A stretch of DNA of 64,000 nucleotides from assembly GCA_965247095.1 (NCBI GenBank), contig OZ251997.1, forward strand, positions 1,376,001-1,440,000, read 5' to 3'. A program made the translations under genes and the position numbers. Of this stretch, positions 31,707 through 41,479 are shown piece after piece (position 1 is the first letter of the stretch; the number at the start of each line of letters is the position of its first letter). This DNA is from Candidatus Multivorans sp. Its GTDB lineage: Bacteria; Acidobacteriota; Thermoanaerobaculia; Multivoradales; Multivoraceae. The notes under the pieces are model-generated. The model made no database searches. It was given only the letters and a program-made list of their open reading frames with translations, and was not told the origin of the DNA.

Positions 31707-31865
31707 GGCGCCAAGCCCACCTTTCTGGCCTCGGCCACGCGAGGATCGGCGCGGAAGATACACGGCCGGCGGGTTGTCTGACCGCTAGCGCGGCAAATTC
31801 CCCGATGTCGGCGCTTCGCGCCGAACCCACTTTCTGCCGCGCATCTCCTAAGGTACATTTCGCGC

Positions 31866-32773
31866 ATGCGAAGCCAACCGCCTCGCGTTCGGTCCCGTAG
31901 ACGGGCACTGGTCCGGCCAGGCATCCTCCTGGGCCTGCTGGTCCTCATGGTCCCGGCTGCAGGCCCAGCTCTCGCGGCTGCCCCGGACCCGACGGCGATC
32001 GAGCGCGGCTCGGCAATCTACCGCGGAGGGACCTGCCCCGTCTGCCACCACTGGGAAGGTCAGGGCAACCGGCGCGGGCCCGACCTGACGGACGACGAGT
32101 GGCTCCACGGCGACGGTTCGCCGACGACCGTGCGCAAGGCGATCGAGACCGGGTTCCGCCACGGCGCCGGCCGCCGCTTTCGTGGCAAGTACGAGATGTG
32201 GCCACTGGGCGGCATGGCGCTCGACGAAGGCGATGTCGAAGCTCTGACCGCCTACGTGTGGTCGCTCCACCGCCGTCGCCGGGCCGCGGACACCCTGACC
32301 CGGGAAATCGTCAGCCGCATCGCCTTCGGCGCCGGCTCGAGGAGCAGCTCCGTCAGCCGGCCGACCTCCGCCTGCTCGTCACCAGCATTCCCGTGGTCAT
32401 GGAGTTCACGGGATGGGAGAGCTGGGCGAACATGCCGCTCGAACGGCAGCGATTGCTCGACCTGATCCGGGACACCCGCGCGAGCGGCGTCCTCCTGCTG
32501 AGCGGCGACACGCCCTGGTCCGAAATCTCCCGCCTCGACGGGGAGGTCGCGTACCCGCTCTGGGACATCACCTCGAGTTCGCTCAACCGGCGCGGCGCCG
32601 GCATCGGCCCCAACCGCCACCGCATCGGCAGTCCGACCGCGGAACCGAACTTCGGCTACATGGAGATCGACTGGACCGCTGCCGACCCGGTGATCCGGAT
32701 CGAACTGCGCAGCGTCGCGAACCGGAGCCTACTGCGGCAGACGGTGCGGTTGTCGGAGCTGCAGGCGAAGTAG
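31866..32773 (+). pseudogene. Cytochrome c-PhoD alkaline phosphatase fusion, internally deleted and frameshifted
   Basis: Signal peptide, CPVCH and GPDLTDDEWLHG, then the PhoD start SRIAFG; at about 32331 it jumps frame to the PhoD C-terminal part (LEEQL, WESW, LLSGDTP, DITSSSL, NFG.MEIDW); the catalytic middle is missing. Confidence 0.72.
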
Positions 32774-32795
32774 GCGCGGCGCCCCCGCACTCTCC

Positions 32796-35700
32796 TCAGC
32801 TCGTGCGCAGACGATCCGACACCTCTCCGAGCACCTTGTTCAGGTCGTCACGAGCCTCGACCGGTGCATCCTCGCTCAACTCCACGCCCACCCTGAACTT
32901 CAGGCCCAGGCCGGCGCCGGCGCTCAAGAGGTCGGGAAGCCGATCGGCCAGATCCTGGATTTCACTCGGTTCCAATAGCGCGTCAGAGGCGCGAGCGCCC
33001 GATCCGGGCTGCGGCGTCGGAGCGTCCGTGGGCTTCCGGAGCTTGAGAGTGTTGGCGTTCTCGTAGCTCGCCGACGTAGTTCCATCTGCGACTTCCAGCC
33101 AACGGCTCCTCGCGGCGTTCGCGATGCCTTCGCGAAGCAGACCCCAGGGGACGGGTTCTCCCCGTACCTTCCACAACGCCTGCGACAATGCCCAGCCACT
33201 CGTCTCCCCGCCTGCCCAGGCGCCCGGAAGCTCGTCCTCGACCAGTTCTTGAGGCGTCAGGTCATCTGGCCGCGGTAGCAGCACTGCACGCTCATCCAGC
33301 GCTCCGAACGGAACCTCCTCCTTCCACGCCGAGGTTGGTCCGTTGCGCAGCCACACGAAGCCTTGCTCCACCGCCCGACAGATCGCCTCTTGGACCAGTT
33401 CCTCTGCGCAACCTGGAGTGTCGAGGGTGTCTTCGTATCCCTCCCGTTGCACTGCCACAGTGAATCCGCCGCCGAAGTACTCCAGCAAGCTCTCAAATCC
33501 GACCTCGCCGCCGTCTCCCGGCCACAGACCTGGCAACCTCTCCGGTTCCAGCAGGGAGGGGGCGAGACGTTTCAGCTCGGCGCCCCCGGGCAGCACGACC
33601 TCAAGCGCAAGATCGGCTACGCACTCCGAATCCACCAGCTCTCGCCACCAGGTTCGGCAACTGCCGTCGGGCCGTTCAAGCCGGGCAACCAGGAGACCAC
33701 GCTCCACGCCCCGCAGCACCGTCTCACGGACAATCTGTGGCCTCAGCACCTTGGGGAGATGCGGGTAGCGGGCAAATGCGCCGGCGAGGTCCTTCACGAA
33801 TCGCGCCTGCTCGCCCTCCCGCCACAGGTCATACGGTCCGTCCGGGAGAAGCGCTTCAGCGTCGACCGGGGTCTCCCGGATTCGCGACCGCTCGTCGCTC
33901 TTGATCTCCGTGAACAGGGGACCCGCCGCCCCTGGCAGCTTGAACGCCTGTGAGTCGCCGTCGGTGTTCACAGTGACAACCACGCAGTACGCCTGCCGGA
34001 CGGCGTCGGGAACCCGCACGCGTGCGTCTCGAAGCTGCCGATGGAGCCGTTCAGCCTGTATCGCATCGACCGTCTGCCCCGCGAGTTGGCCCTGCACATC
34101 CTCCCAGCCGAGCAACGCGCGGATACTGCCGCGCGCCGCCTCCAGGCCATCGCGCGACGGCACACCTAGAACCACCGCATTGCGATGAACCCGCGGACGG
34201 TCCAAGCTAGTGGTCTCGGCCAGATACCGTCTCGCCAGCGCGCTGGGCTTGCCAGATTCGGAAGCGGCCTCTGGGCCCAGCACGACGTAGCGGAAGGCGC
34301 CATCGTCGCCCACATCCTTTGGGGACCTCGGCAACATGTGGACGGCGGCGCCGGCAGCGCGGGCGCCGTCCGTAAGCACTCTGGCTTTGCGAACGGCCTC
34401 CTCGAGACGGGCCTCGACAGCCTGTGTCGACACGCGCTCCTTCCAAGCCTCGTCGTGCATCTGGCGCAGATTCGGACGATTGCCAAGCCGCCAGGACTTG
34501 GGCAGGCCCCCCTCTACGCCGTGAATATCGGCGCCGACATCCTCGTCGTCCAGGAACCAGGACAGCTCGCGCCAGCGGGTGAGCCCCTTGCGGAGCATGA
34601 TCTTGTCGGGACCGCCGGCGCCGACCATCCGTAGCAACTCCGGCGTCGAGGCTTTCCGGCCGATCGGCTGAGAGTAGAGGAAGACCGCCAGCACAGTCTG
34701 CTCCACTTCGCGGCGGGCCGCCAGGGCCGGCAGCTCCGCCTGGATCTGCCGCGCCTTGTCCAACTCGGCCTCCAGCAGCGTGACCCAGTCGGTTCTCGCG
34801 CCTTCGCCGACCTCCGAACTCGCTACCCCCGCCAGTTCGCGCACAGCTTCAGAGATGCCCTCCGTCCCTTGGCCGGTCAGCAGCGCCGAGGGGCCCACCA
34901 GGGGACTCCCATCCCAGGACTCGGACTCACGCAACGCGGTCGCCAGAATGCGCAGAATGCCGCGCGTACGTTGGAAACCCGGAAGCTGCGTCCACCGGCT
35001 GTAGAACACGTCGGTCAGATCGGGATGAAATGGGAAGCTGCCCTCGAAACGGTCTTCTTCCGTCTTCCTGTTCCTGGCTGTCGTCTCGTCCAGGCCGGCC
35101 AGCTCCCGCACCGCCCCGATCGCCTGCGAACGCCACGACTCGGTGTCCCGCAACGCCGCCGGCTCGAAGAACCGGCGCCGCAGCACTTCCGCCACGTCCT
35201 TCCTTCCGACCGGCTGCACGCCCTCCTCTCGCTGCCGGCGGAACACGTCGAACAGATCGCCGATCAGCCGCTGGCCCTCGGCGCCCTGTTGCTTGACGGG
35301 ATCGGTAGCAAGAAGGGATGCGACCAGCGCTGCGCGGTCCACGTTCGTTGTGGCCTGCACGAGGTACTGGAAGAAGTCGATGATGCGGTCGCGCCACACG
35401 CGGTCTTGACCGGCCTTCTCCCGTGCGTACATCAGGACCTCGTCGACCAGGATGAGCGTGCCGAGGCCGCGCTCTTGCGGGCGCTCCAGCAACTTGACCA
35501 GCAAAGGCTCGGCCGGCGGTGTCTCCCGTTCCTCGGCCCTGCCCTCGCCGTGGATCGCTCGCAGACCGTCATCGCCGGCGAGCTGGTACGCGAGCACGCT
35601 CCATGGATGGCGCAGGGTGCGGGTTTCGCCCTCTGGAGAACGCACACCCTCAATGCCGCGCTCGACATCGATCTTGTCGAAGCACAGAGCTGCAACATGG

Positions 35701-36086
35701 GCCCCCGGCAACTGGTGACCCGCGTGTTGCCGAAACTCGCTCACCGCCGGCACGTCCGGCAGACCCTCCGGGTCCCGGAACAGGTGATAGAGCGTGATGA
35801 GCGTATGCGTCTTGCCGCCGCCGTAGGTCAGCTCCAACTGCCGCACCGCCTTGTCGCTTCGCCCCGCGAGCCGCGCCGCCACATCCTTCACCAGCTCCCG
35901 CAACGCGTGCGTGGGATAGGTCAGGGCGAAGAACTTCTCCGGCTCCTCGTACACAGGCCGCTTGCCCCGCCTGAGCGTGACCTCATGCAGATCGGCGGCG
36001 AACTCCGCCAGCGACAGTTCGCCCGAGCGCAGTTCGTCCTTCAGCCGGACGACTTCGTGCCAGGGTTTGGGACGTTGCCTGGTCAT
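32796..36086 (-). CDS. DUF499 AAA+ ATPase of a restriction-like/BREX-related defence system
   Basis: KPWHEVV, EFAADL, FFALTYPT, Walker A TYGGGKTH, Walker B ILVDE, PFHP, FQRTRG.LR. Confidence 0.9.
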   Translation of the reverse strand: MTRQRPKPWHEVVRLKDELRSGELSLAEFAADLHEVTLRRGKRPVYEEPEKFFALTYPTHALRELVKDVAARLAGRSDKAVRQLELTYGGGKTHTLITLYHLFRDPEGLPDVPAVSEFRQHAGHQLPGAHVAALCFDKIDVERGIEGVRSPEGETRTLRHPWSVLAYQLAGDDGLRAIHGEGRAEERETPPAEPLLVKLLERPQERGLGTLILVDEVLMYAREKAGQDRVWRDRIIDFFQYLVQATTNVDRAALVASLLATDPVKQQGAEGQRLIGDLFDVFRRQREEGVQPVGRKDVAEVLRRRFFEPAALRDTESWRSQAIGAVRELAGLDETTARNRKTEEDRFEGSFPFHPDLTDVFYSRWTQLPGFQRTRGILRILATALRESESWDGSPLVGPSALLTGQGTEGISEAVRELAGVASSEVGEGARTDWVTLLEAELDKARQIQAELPALAARREVEQTVLAVFLYSQPIGRKASTPELLRMVGAGGPDKIMLRKGLTRWRELSWFLDDEDVGADIHGVEGGLPKSWRLGNRPNLRQMHDEAWKERVSTQAVEARLEEAVRKARVLTDGARAAGAAVHMLPRSPKDVGDDGAFRYVVLGPEAASESGKPSALARRYLAETTSLDRPRVHRNAVVLGVPSRDGLEAARGSIRALLGWEDVQGQLAGQTVDAIQAERLHRQLRDARVRVPDAVRQAYCVVVTVNTDGDSQAFKLPGAAGPLFTEIKSDERSRIRETPVDAEALLPDGPYDLWREGEQARFVKDLAGAFARYPHLPKVLRPQIVRETVLRGVERGLLVARLERPDGSCRTWWRELVDSECVADLALEVVLPGGAELKRLAPSLLEPERLPGLWPGDGGEVGFESLLEYFGGGFTVAVQREGYEDTLDTPGCAEELVQEAICRAVEQGFVWLRNGPTSAWKEEVPFGALDERAVLLPRPDDLTPQELVEDELPGAWAGGETSGWALSQALWKVRGEPVPWGLLREGIANAARSRWLEVADGTTSASYENANTLKLRKPTDAPTPQPGSGARASDALLEPSEIQDLADRLPDLLSAGAGLGLKFRVGVELSEDAPVEARDDLNKVLGEVSDRLRTS

Positions 36087-37156
36087 CGATTCCGCTCCTC
36101 CCAAGCCCGTACTCGGCGGCTCGCCGCGTCGAAGACGCGCTCGTAGTTACCGCGAGTGATCGCGTGACGTGTCTCCTCGCTCAAGCGGTCCCAGAGAGGC
36201 TGGTAGTCGCCCCAGGTCTTGAGATACCCCTCGCGGCTCGCCGGGGCCACGGAGTCGGTGCCGAACAGGAATCGGCCGCGATGGCGCTCCAGAAGCGCCG
36301 CCCAGGCAGCGAGTGAGCCTTCGTCCCGCACGATGTACTTCGCCACTTCGTCCCACGACAGGTCGCAGTGGACGTGCGAGTACGCCTCGTCGGACAGCAG
36401 ACCGTCGAGCAACTGGACGTGGTCAGGCGCCGGCCCCACGAAACGGCCAAGGCCGGTGTGCGCCCAGATGATCGTCACGTCGGCGTGGGCGCGGAAGACC
36501 TCCTGCAGAGCATCCAGGTGGACCGGCTCCTGGGCCTCGGTTGGCAACACGACGTCGATGTCGTTGTGCAGAATGACCGCCAGACCGACTTCGCTCGCGA
36601 GGTCGAGCACCCGGTCGAGCGCCGGGTTCCGCAGGCTGGCGCCGTGTCCCAGGATCTTCGAGGTCACGAACTCCTTGTGGATCGAGAACTCGCCGATCCC
36701 GGAGAAGACGCCCGGGTACATCTCCAGCACCCGGCGGATGTGGTCCGCGGCGTACATGTCGGTCGGGTTGAAGCCCGTGATCATCGGATCGAAGCGTTCC
36801 TGCTCCGCCGGTAGGAGCGACTCGTACTGCTCGGCGACGATCGCATCGACAAAGGAGTAGTAGTAGAGCGCCGCGTCCGAGTGCAGGTAGTAGTCCGGCG
36901 CCCGGTCGCCCGACTCGAAGTAGTCCCACTTCTGTTGCAACGGAATGCCGAACACGGCGGCGCGGCCAACGCTATTCCCCGCCGTCGCCAGGAACTCGCT
37001 CAACGTGATCCCGCGCTGAACGTAGTTCGTGAGGTGGAAGTGGGCGTCGTGGAACTTGGGCGGTGCCGGGCCGGTCTGCGCGGCCGCGGCCGCCGCGGCT
37101 AGCCACGCTCCTGCGAACAGCATGGCGACGGCTTTCGGTCTCACCAGATCGGGCAC
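36083..37156 (-). CDS. Secreted amidohydrolase-family (TIM-barrel) metallohydrolase
   Basis: GAGGAG RBS; signal peptide; DAHFH, GIGEF..HKE, LHND, WAHTG, FGTD; its stop overlaps the DUF499 ATG (ATGA). Confidence 0.85.
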   Translation of the reverse strand: MPDLVRPKAVAMLFAGAWLAAAAAAAQTGPAPPKFHDAHFHLTNYVQRGITLSEFLATAGNSVGRAAVFGIPLQQKWDYFESGDRAPDYYLHSDAALYYYSFVDAIVAEQYESLLPAEQERFDPMITGFNPTDMYAADHIRRVLEMYPGVFSGIGEFSIHKEFVTSKILGHGASLRNPALDRVLDLASEVGLAVILHNDIDVVLPTEAQEPVHLDALQEVFRAHADVTIIWAHTGLGRFVGPAPDHVQLLDGLLSDEAYSHVHCDLSWDEVAKYIVRDEGSLAAWAALLERHRGRFLFGTDSVAPASREGYLKTWGDYQPLWDRLSEETRHAITRGNYERVFDAASRRVRAWEERNR

Positions 37157-37206
37157 ATCGTCTCCTCGATGCGAAAACGGACGGAGTTCGGAAGCGTCGT
37201 GTAAAC

Positions 37207-37458
37207 CTACCGAAGGAGGTCAGCCGGCAGCCACATGGGCTTCCAACCGCCGGGCGAGGGCTGACCGCCGGCGCCGTACTTGCCACCGATGATGTCGGCC
37301 AGTCGATATCCCCGACCAATGCCGTGAAGGAAGCGGAACGCGTCGCGGACGTTGCTCTTGCCGCTCGCGTTGGCGCCCACCAGCACGGTGAACGGCCCCA
37401 TGCGCAGCGTCTCGTCCGCGAAGTTCTTGAAGTTCTTGAGTCGAACCGACGTGATCAC
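37207..37458 (-). pseudogene. Truncated ABC/AAA_21-type ATPase (N-terminus only)
   Basis: ITSVRLKNFKNF...FTVLVGANASGKSN; ends after 83 aa with no Walker B. Confidence 0.78.
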
Positions 37459-37467
37459 GGCGCGAAC

Positions 37468-40400
37468 CTACAACATGGTCCGCTGACGCGGCGCCGGCGC
37501 GGCGGCGCCCCGGCCCTGCAGGTGGTTCTGGATCGATTCCAGGATCGCGCGCTCCTCCGAGCCCTCGCCGGCGAGTTCGATCACCGCCTGGACGACGCGG
37601 GCGAACAGTTCGTGCCGCCACAAGCCGCGTTCTTCCAGGTAGCGGTCCACGCGGCCCTGCTCGCCGGTCTTCCAGAGCTGCATCAGGCGGTGGACGCAGT
37701 CGATCAGGGGCGGCGGCGCGCCGTCCGCCGAGGGTTCGCCCAGATTCCGGCTGCGGCGGCGGTTCCAGTGTTTGAGCCGGGCCTCCGAAGCCGAACCGGC
37801 GTTCTCTGAACCGTCCTCGCCTCCATCTTCGGCCGGGACCGCGGTCACCGAGGCGCCGCCACGCACCAGCAGATCCAAGCCGCCAGCGAGTTCGGCGTCC
37901 GACAGATTGCAGGAGACGGCGTAGAGAATGCAGGCGCCCGCGGGCGCGGGGTCCAGCCCGTAGTCGTGCCGGTGCAGGAGGTAGTAGGTGGTCAAGTCGT
38001 CGAGTTCCGCGGCGGCTCGCGATTCGTCCGGCCCGCTAGCGAGCAGGCGGCTGACCGCGAAGCCCACCACCATTCTCCGCACCTGGCGCAGGAACTCGGC
38101 GACCGACAGCAGTTCACCTTGGGCATCGGCCTTCTTGACCACGGGATGGCGGCTGAAGGCCTCGAGTGCCGGACCGGTCGCCGCCCAAACGAAGTCCGGC
38201 CCACGAATACCCGCGTCCCAGAACTGCCGCAGGCGGTCGGTGATGTTGGATCGCATCTCGGACAGCACTCCGCGATCCCAGCCTGGCCGTGCATCCGCCG
38301 GGCGCCGGCGGCAAACCAACCAGATGGACGAGGACAACGCCGCCGAGGCTAGGGAACGCTGCCGGGTCGTCATCTCGGTCTGGATCGGCCAGGAGCCATC
38401 GACCACGAAACCGGCCCGGATCAGGGCGGAAACCAAGGTCTCCCAGGCGTCGGGTTGCTTGTTGGCGAAGACGATGACCAGCCGCCCGTCATCGCGCAGC
38501 GCGTCGTGGAAGCGCCCGAACGCCCGCGCCATGCCGTCTTCGTAGTTCTGCTTGGACGCGTTCCGGTCGCCGTCGAAGCGGGAGGCGTCGTCGATCAGTT
38601 CGCCGTCGCCCTTCCCGCCGGAGGCCGCGGCGTCCCATTTCGGGCCGAGGGCGTTGGCGAACGCGGCATCGGTGTCCGCCGACAGGCCGTGCAGAGTCCG
38701 CCGCAACCAAACGAAGAAGAAATCCATCAGGTCCGAGTAGGGAATGGCGTCGTAGTAGGGCGGATCGGTGCAAATCAGGTCGGCGCCGACGTCCCGCAGC
38801 GCTATCGCGCTCTGTGCGCGTATTTGCGGAGCTGACGCTGCAGCGAGCGCACCGAGCGCGTGACCCGTGTAGCGAGCTACCCAATCCGTCATGGCCTGAA
38901 AACCGCCTGAGGTCTCGGACAGTGGGTTGACTTCGCAGTAGTCCCACACCATGGGCAACGCGAAACGCGCGAACGTGTTCCTGAGCTTCTCACCCGAGTT
39001 GTGCCAGGAACAGACTGAGCTGCTGTAGTCCGTCAACTTGCTCATGATGCACGCCAAGTTCGCTGCCATCGCCTCGCGCCATTCCTCCGGATAGCCGTCC
39101 ATCTGGGCCGCCGAGCTTCGAATCGCTCGAACCAACCCCCCTAGAGCCAGCAACTGCCGGTTAGTAAAGAGCTTGCGCCATGTGTCGAAGCCGTAGCGCG
39201 GCACACGCATCCCGAGCGCCTTCTCGCTGGGGGTCGGCTCCTCCGGCATGCCGAACGGAATCTCCCCGTAGAGAGCTTCCAGTTCATCCTCACTCACCGT
39301 CGCCGCATCGATCTCGGCATCGGTCGGCAGCCGGTACTCCTTCCCCTGCTGGCCGTCCACAACAACCGCCATCATCCTCTCGCCAAGCCGTCCCGCACGC
39401 CCCTCGTTGCGAAGGTCGGCCATCGTCGCGATAGCAGAACAGCAAGGGCACCTGGCGCCGGTGCGGCTCATTGTGCCGGCGCCCAGCCGGCGGTCGTGCT
39501 CGCGCCGCCGCGCCGCGTTCCCCTCGCCTTCCGGCACGCCGTGCTCCAGCGCGAAGTCCACGCCCGAGCCGTCTTCCCGCGGCGTCACCTGAAGCAGGAT
39601 CCGCTTGCCGGGCTTCTTGCACAACCAGCGCGTCTTGAGCAACGGCAGCTCCGCCCGGCAGTTCGCGCAACGGACCGTGCGCGCCCAGAGATAGGCGACC
39701 GTAGGTTTAGCGACCCAGCGCGGGTTCGCCTCGTTCTCCAGGTGGACCGAATCGAACTCGGCGTTCAGTGCCGCCACCGACACGTTGCCCTCATCGTCCG
39801 GTTCAAGCAGTTCCGGCGACCGCCGCCGGAAGCGCCTCTCAGGGAATCGAACCTCGGCGGCCCGCTTACGCCGGCCTTTCCGACGCACCGGCTCGAACTC
39901 CCCGTACGTCGGATAGCGCACCGCCAACTCGCGCCGTGCCTCGGCCAAGACCCTTCGGCCCCAGGCCCGCAGGTGCCAAGGGAAGCCCGCGTAGGCGGAA
40001 GGCCAGGCCGCGCCAACCTGAGCGAGCGCTTCGGCTGCAGGAACCGCCTCCTGCGCCGCCGAAGTTCCGGGTCCACGCTGGGCCGACATCTCACCACCGT
40101 CCAGCACCGCCGACCGCATCTGCACCGGTTCTCCGTCCGAGTGCCCCAGCTCGCGCAGCCTCTCGCGCAACGCGGCCTTCTTCGTCACCCCCTGCGCCTT
40201 GAAGAACGCCTCCATGAAGCTCCCGTCGCGGACCGCGAACTCCGGCAGCGGCAGCTCTTGCCCCGCAACCAGACGCGGGTAATGCAGCGTGCAGCGCAGC
40301 ACGAACCAGGCCACCGGGTTGAGGTCGGAGGCCGTGACCTCGCAACCGAGCCGCATCGCCTCCAGCGGAATAGCCCCGCCGCCCGCAAACGGATCCAGCA

Positions 40401-40806
40401 CTCGCGGCGCCCGCCCCCCGAACGCCTCTCGGACCTCCAGCCGTAGCTTCTCGAGTTCAGGCGAGCTCTCGCGCCCCCAGTGCAGGACGCCGCCCGCCGT
40501 CTCGTCCTTCAGCTTGCCCGCCGGCGTCTGCCGCTGGCGCACCTTACCGGCGATCCGTGCCATCAACCGCCGCCGCCCCTCCGCGTCGCCAGGATCAGGC
40601 AGGAGCGTCGCCAGCAGCGCCGCCCGGCAAGCCGCCAACGGCCGCCGAGCCGGCCAGATGTGCAGCGTCGAGATATGGCCGTGCCGGACGTTCTTCTCGT
40701 GAACCGAATCCAGCGATGTCTGGCGCAGCGGAAACGCCGCCTCGATCAGCCGGGTGTCGGGGTTCACTGGGCCAATGCTATCGCTCGGAGAGCGATCATC
40801 TGTCAC
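37468..40806 (-). CDS. DUF1156 DNA amino-methyltransferase (probably m6A)
   Basis: STLHIWPARRPLAACRA, motif I DPFAGGG, zinc ribbon CANC...CPCC, motif IV TDPPYY. Confidence 0.92.
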   Translation of the reverse strand: MTDDRSPSDSIGPVNPDTRLIEAAFPLRQTSLDSVHEKNVRHGHISTLHIWPARRPLAACRAALLATLLPDPGDAEGRRRLMARIAGKVRQRQTPAGKLKDETAGGVLHWGRESSPELEKLRLEVREAFGGRAPRVLDPFAGGGAIPLEAMRLGCEVTASDLNPVAWFVLRCTLHYPRLVAGQELPLPEFAVRDGSFMEAFFKAQGVTKKAALRERLRELGHSDGEPVQMRSAVLDGGEMSAQRGPGTSAAQEAVPAAEALAQVGAAWPSAYAGFPWHLRAWGRRVLAEARRELAVRYPTYGEFEPVRRKGRRKRAAEVRFPERRFRRRSPELLEPDDEGNVSVAALNAEFDSVHLENEANPRWVAKPTVAYLWARTVRCANCRAELPLLKTRWLCKKPGKRILLQVTPREDGSGVDFALEHGVPEGEGNAARRREHDRRLGAGTMSRTGARCPCCSAIATMADLRNEGRAGRLGERMMAVVVDGQQGKEYRLPTDAEIDAATVSEDELEALYGEIPFGMPEEPTPSEKALGMRVPRYGFDTWRKLFTNRQLLALGGLVRAIRSSAAQMDGYPEEWREAMAANLACIMSKLTDYSSSVCSWHNSGEKLRNTFARFALPMVWDYCEVNPLSETSGGFQAMTDWVARYTGHALGALAAASAPQIRAQSAIALRDVGADLICTDPPYYDAIPYSDLMDFFFVWLRRTLHGLSADTDAAFANALGPKWDAAASGGKGDGELIDDASRFDGDRNASKQNYEDGMARAFGRFHDALRDDGRLVIVFANKQPDAWETLVSALIRAGFVVDGSWPIQTEMTTRQRSLASAALSSSIWLVCRRRPADARPGWDRGVLSEMRSNITDRLRQFWDAGIRGPDFVWAATGPALEAFSRHPVVKKADAQGELLSVAEFLRQVRRMVVGFAVSRLLASGPDESRAAAELDDLTTYYLLHRHDYGLDPAPAGACILYAVSCNLSDAELAGGLDLLVRGGASVTAVPAEDGGEDGSENAGSASEARLKHWNRRRSRNLGEPSADGAPPPLIDCVHRLMQLWKTGEQGRVDRYLEERGLWRHELFARVVQAVIELAGEGSEERAILESIQNHLQGRGAAAPAPRQRTML

Positions 40807-40924
40807 GTACGACGGCCTCGCCGGTACGACAGAGAGGATCGTTGGCGGCCACGGGAAGCTGGGCAGCGGGGATGCATGGCAGCCAATCGTAGCCCGGCCG
40901 GCCGACGTGTATCATGCCGATCGC

Positions 40925-41131
40925 GTGAACGGCGCCGAGTTCGCCAGGCGCATTCGGCGCCACCCAAGACGTACCCGACAGGAGTTTCGGCTCGACCGGG
41001 CCGGCGGCAAAGGCAGTCATGGGAAGCTCTACCTCGGTGACCGCCGGACTATCGTCAAGCACGGCGAGATCCCCAAACCTCTGCTCAAGTCGATGCTGAA
41101 GCAACTCGGCGTTACCGAAGAAGACCTCTGA
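40925..41131 (+). CDS. hicA: HicA-family mRNA interferase toxin
   Basis: 68 aa, basic; GKGSH catalytic motif; EIPKPLLKSMLKQLG; directly upstream of hicB. Confidence 0.82.
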   Translation: MNGAEFARRIRRHPRRTRQEFRLDRAGGKGSHGKLYLGDRRTIVKHGEIPKPLLKSMLKQLGVTEEDL

Positions 41132-41142
41132 GGACCCGACGC

Positions 41143-41451
41143 ATGGACTACGCCTATCCCTGCCTGCTCACACACGACGACGGCGACGCCTCGTGCTACC
41201 TCGTCACCTTCCCGAACCTGCCCGAGGCGCTCACCGCGGGCGCCACGCGGGAGGAATCCCTGTTGCTCGCCGAAGACGCCTTGGTCGTCCTTCGCGCCTC
41301 GACCACGTCGCCACAGCTCTCCGCACGCTGGGGCGCAGCTTGGTCGTCGGGGACCGCGCCGCACCGGAAATCCGTCGCGCCCACGTCGCCGCTGGCTGAA
41401 CAGACGCCGCTCCGGGCGACCGGCGCCTTCAACCGGGACGACGGCAACTGA
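41143..41451 (+). pseudogene. hicB: HicB antitoxin with internal deletion and frameshift
   Basis: YLVTFPNLPEALTAGATREE...AEDAL N-terminus; the HicB-HTH tail (RLDHVATALRTLGRSLVV.DRAA, stop 41399) follows at once in another frame; junction at about 41290. Confidence 0.72.
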
Positions 41452-41479
41452 TGTGGTCTCAGGAAACCGGAGCTTCCCG

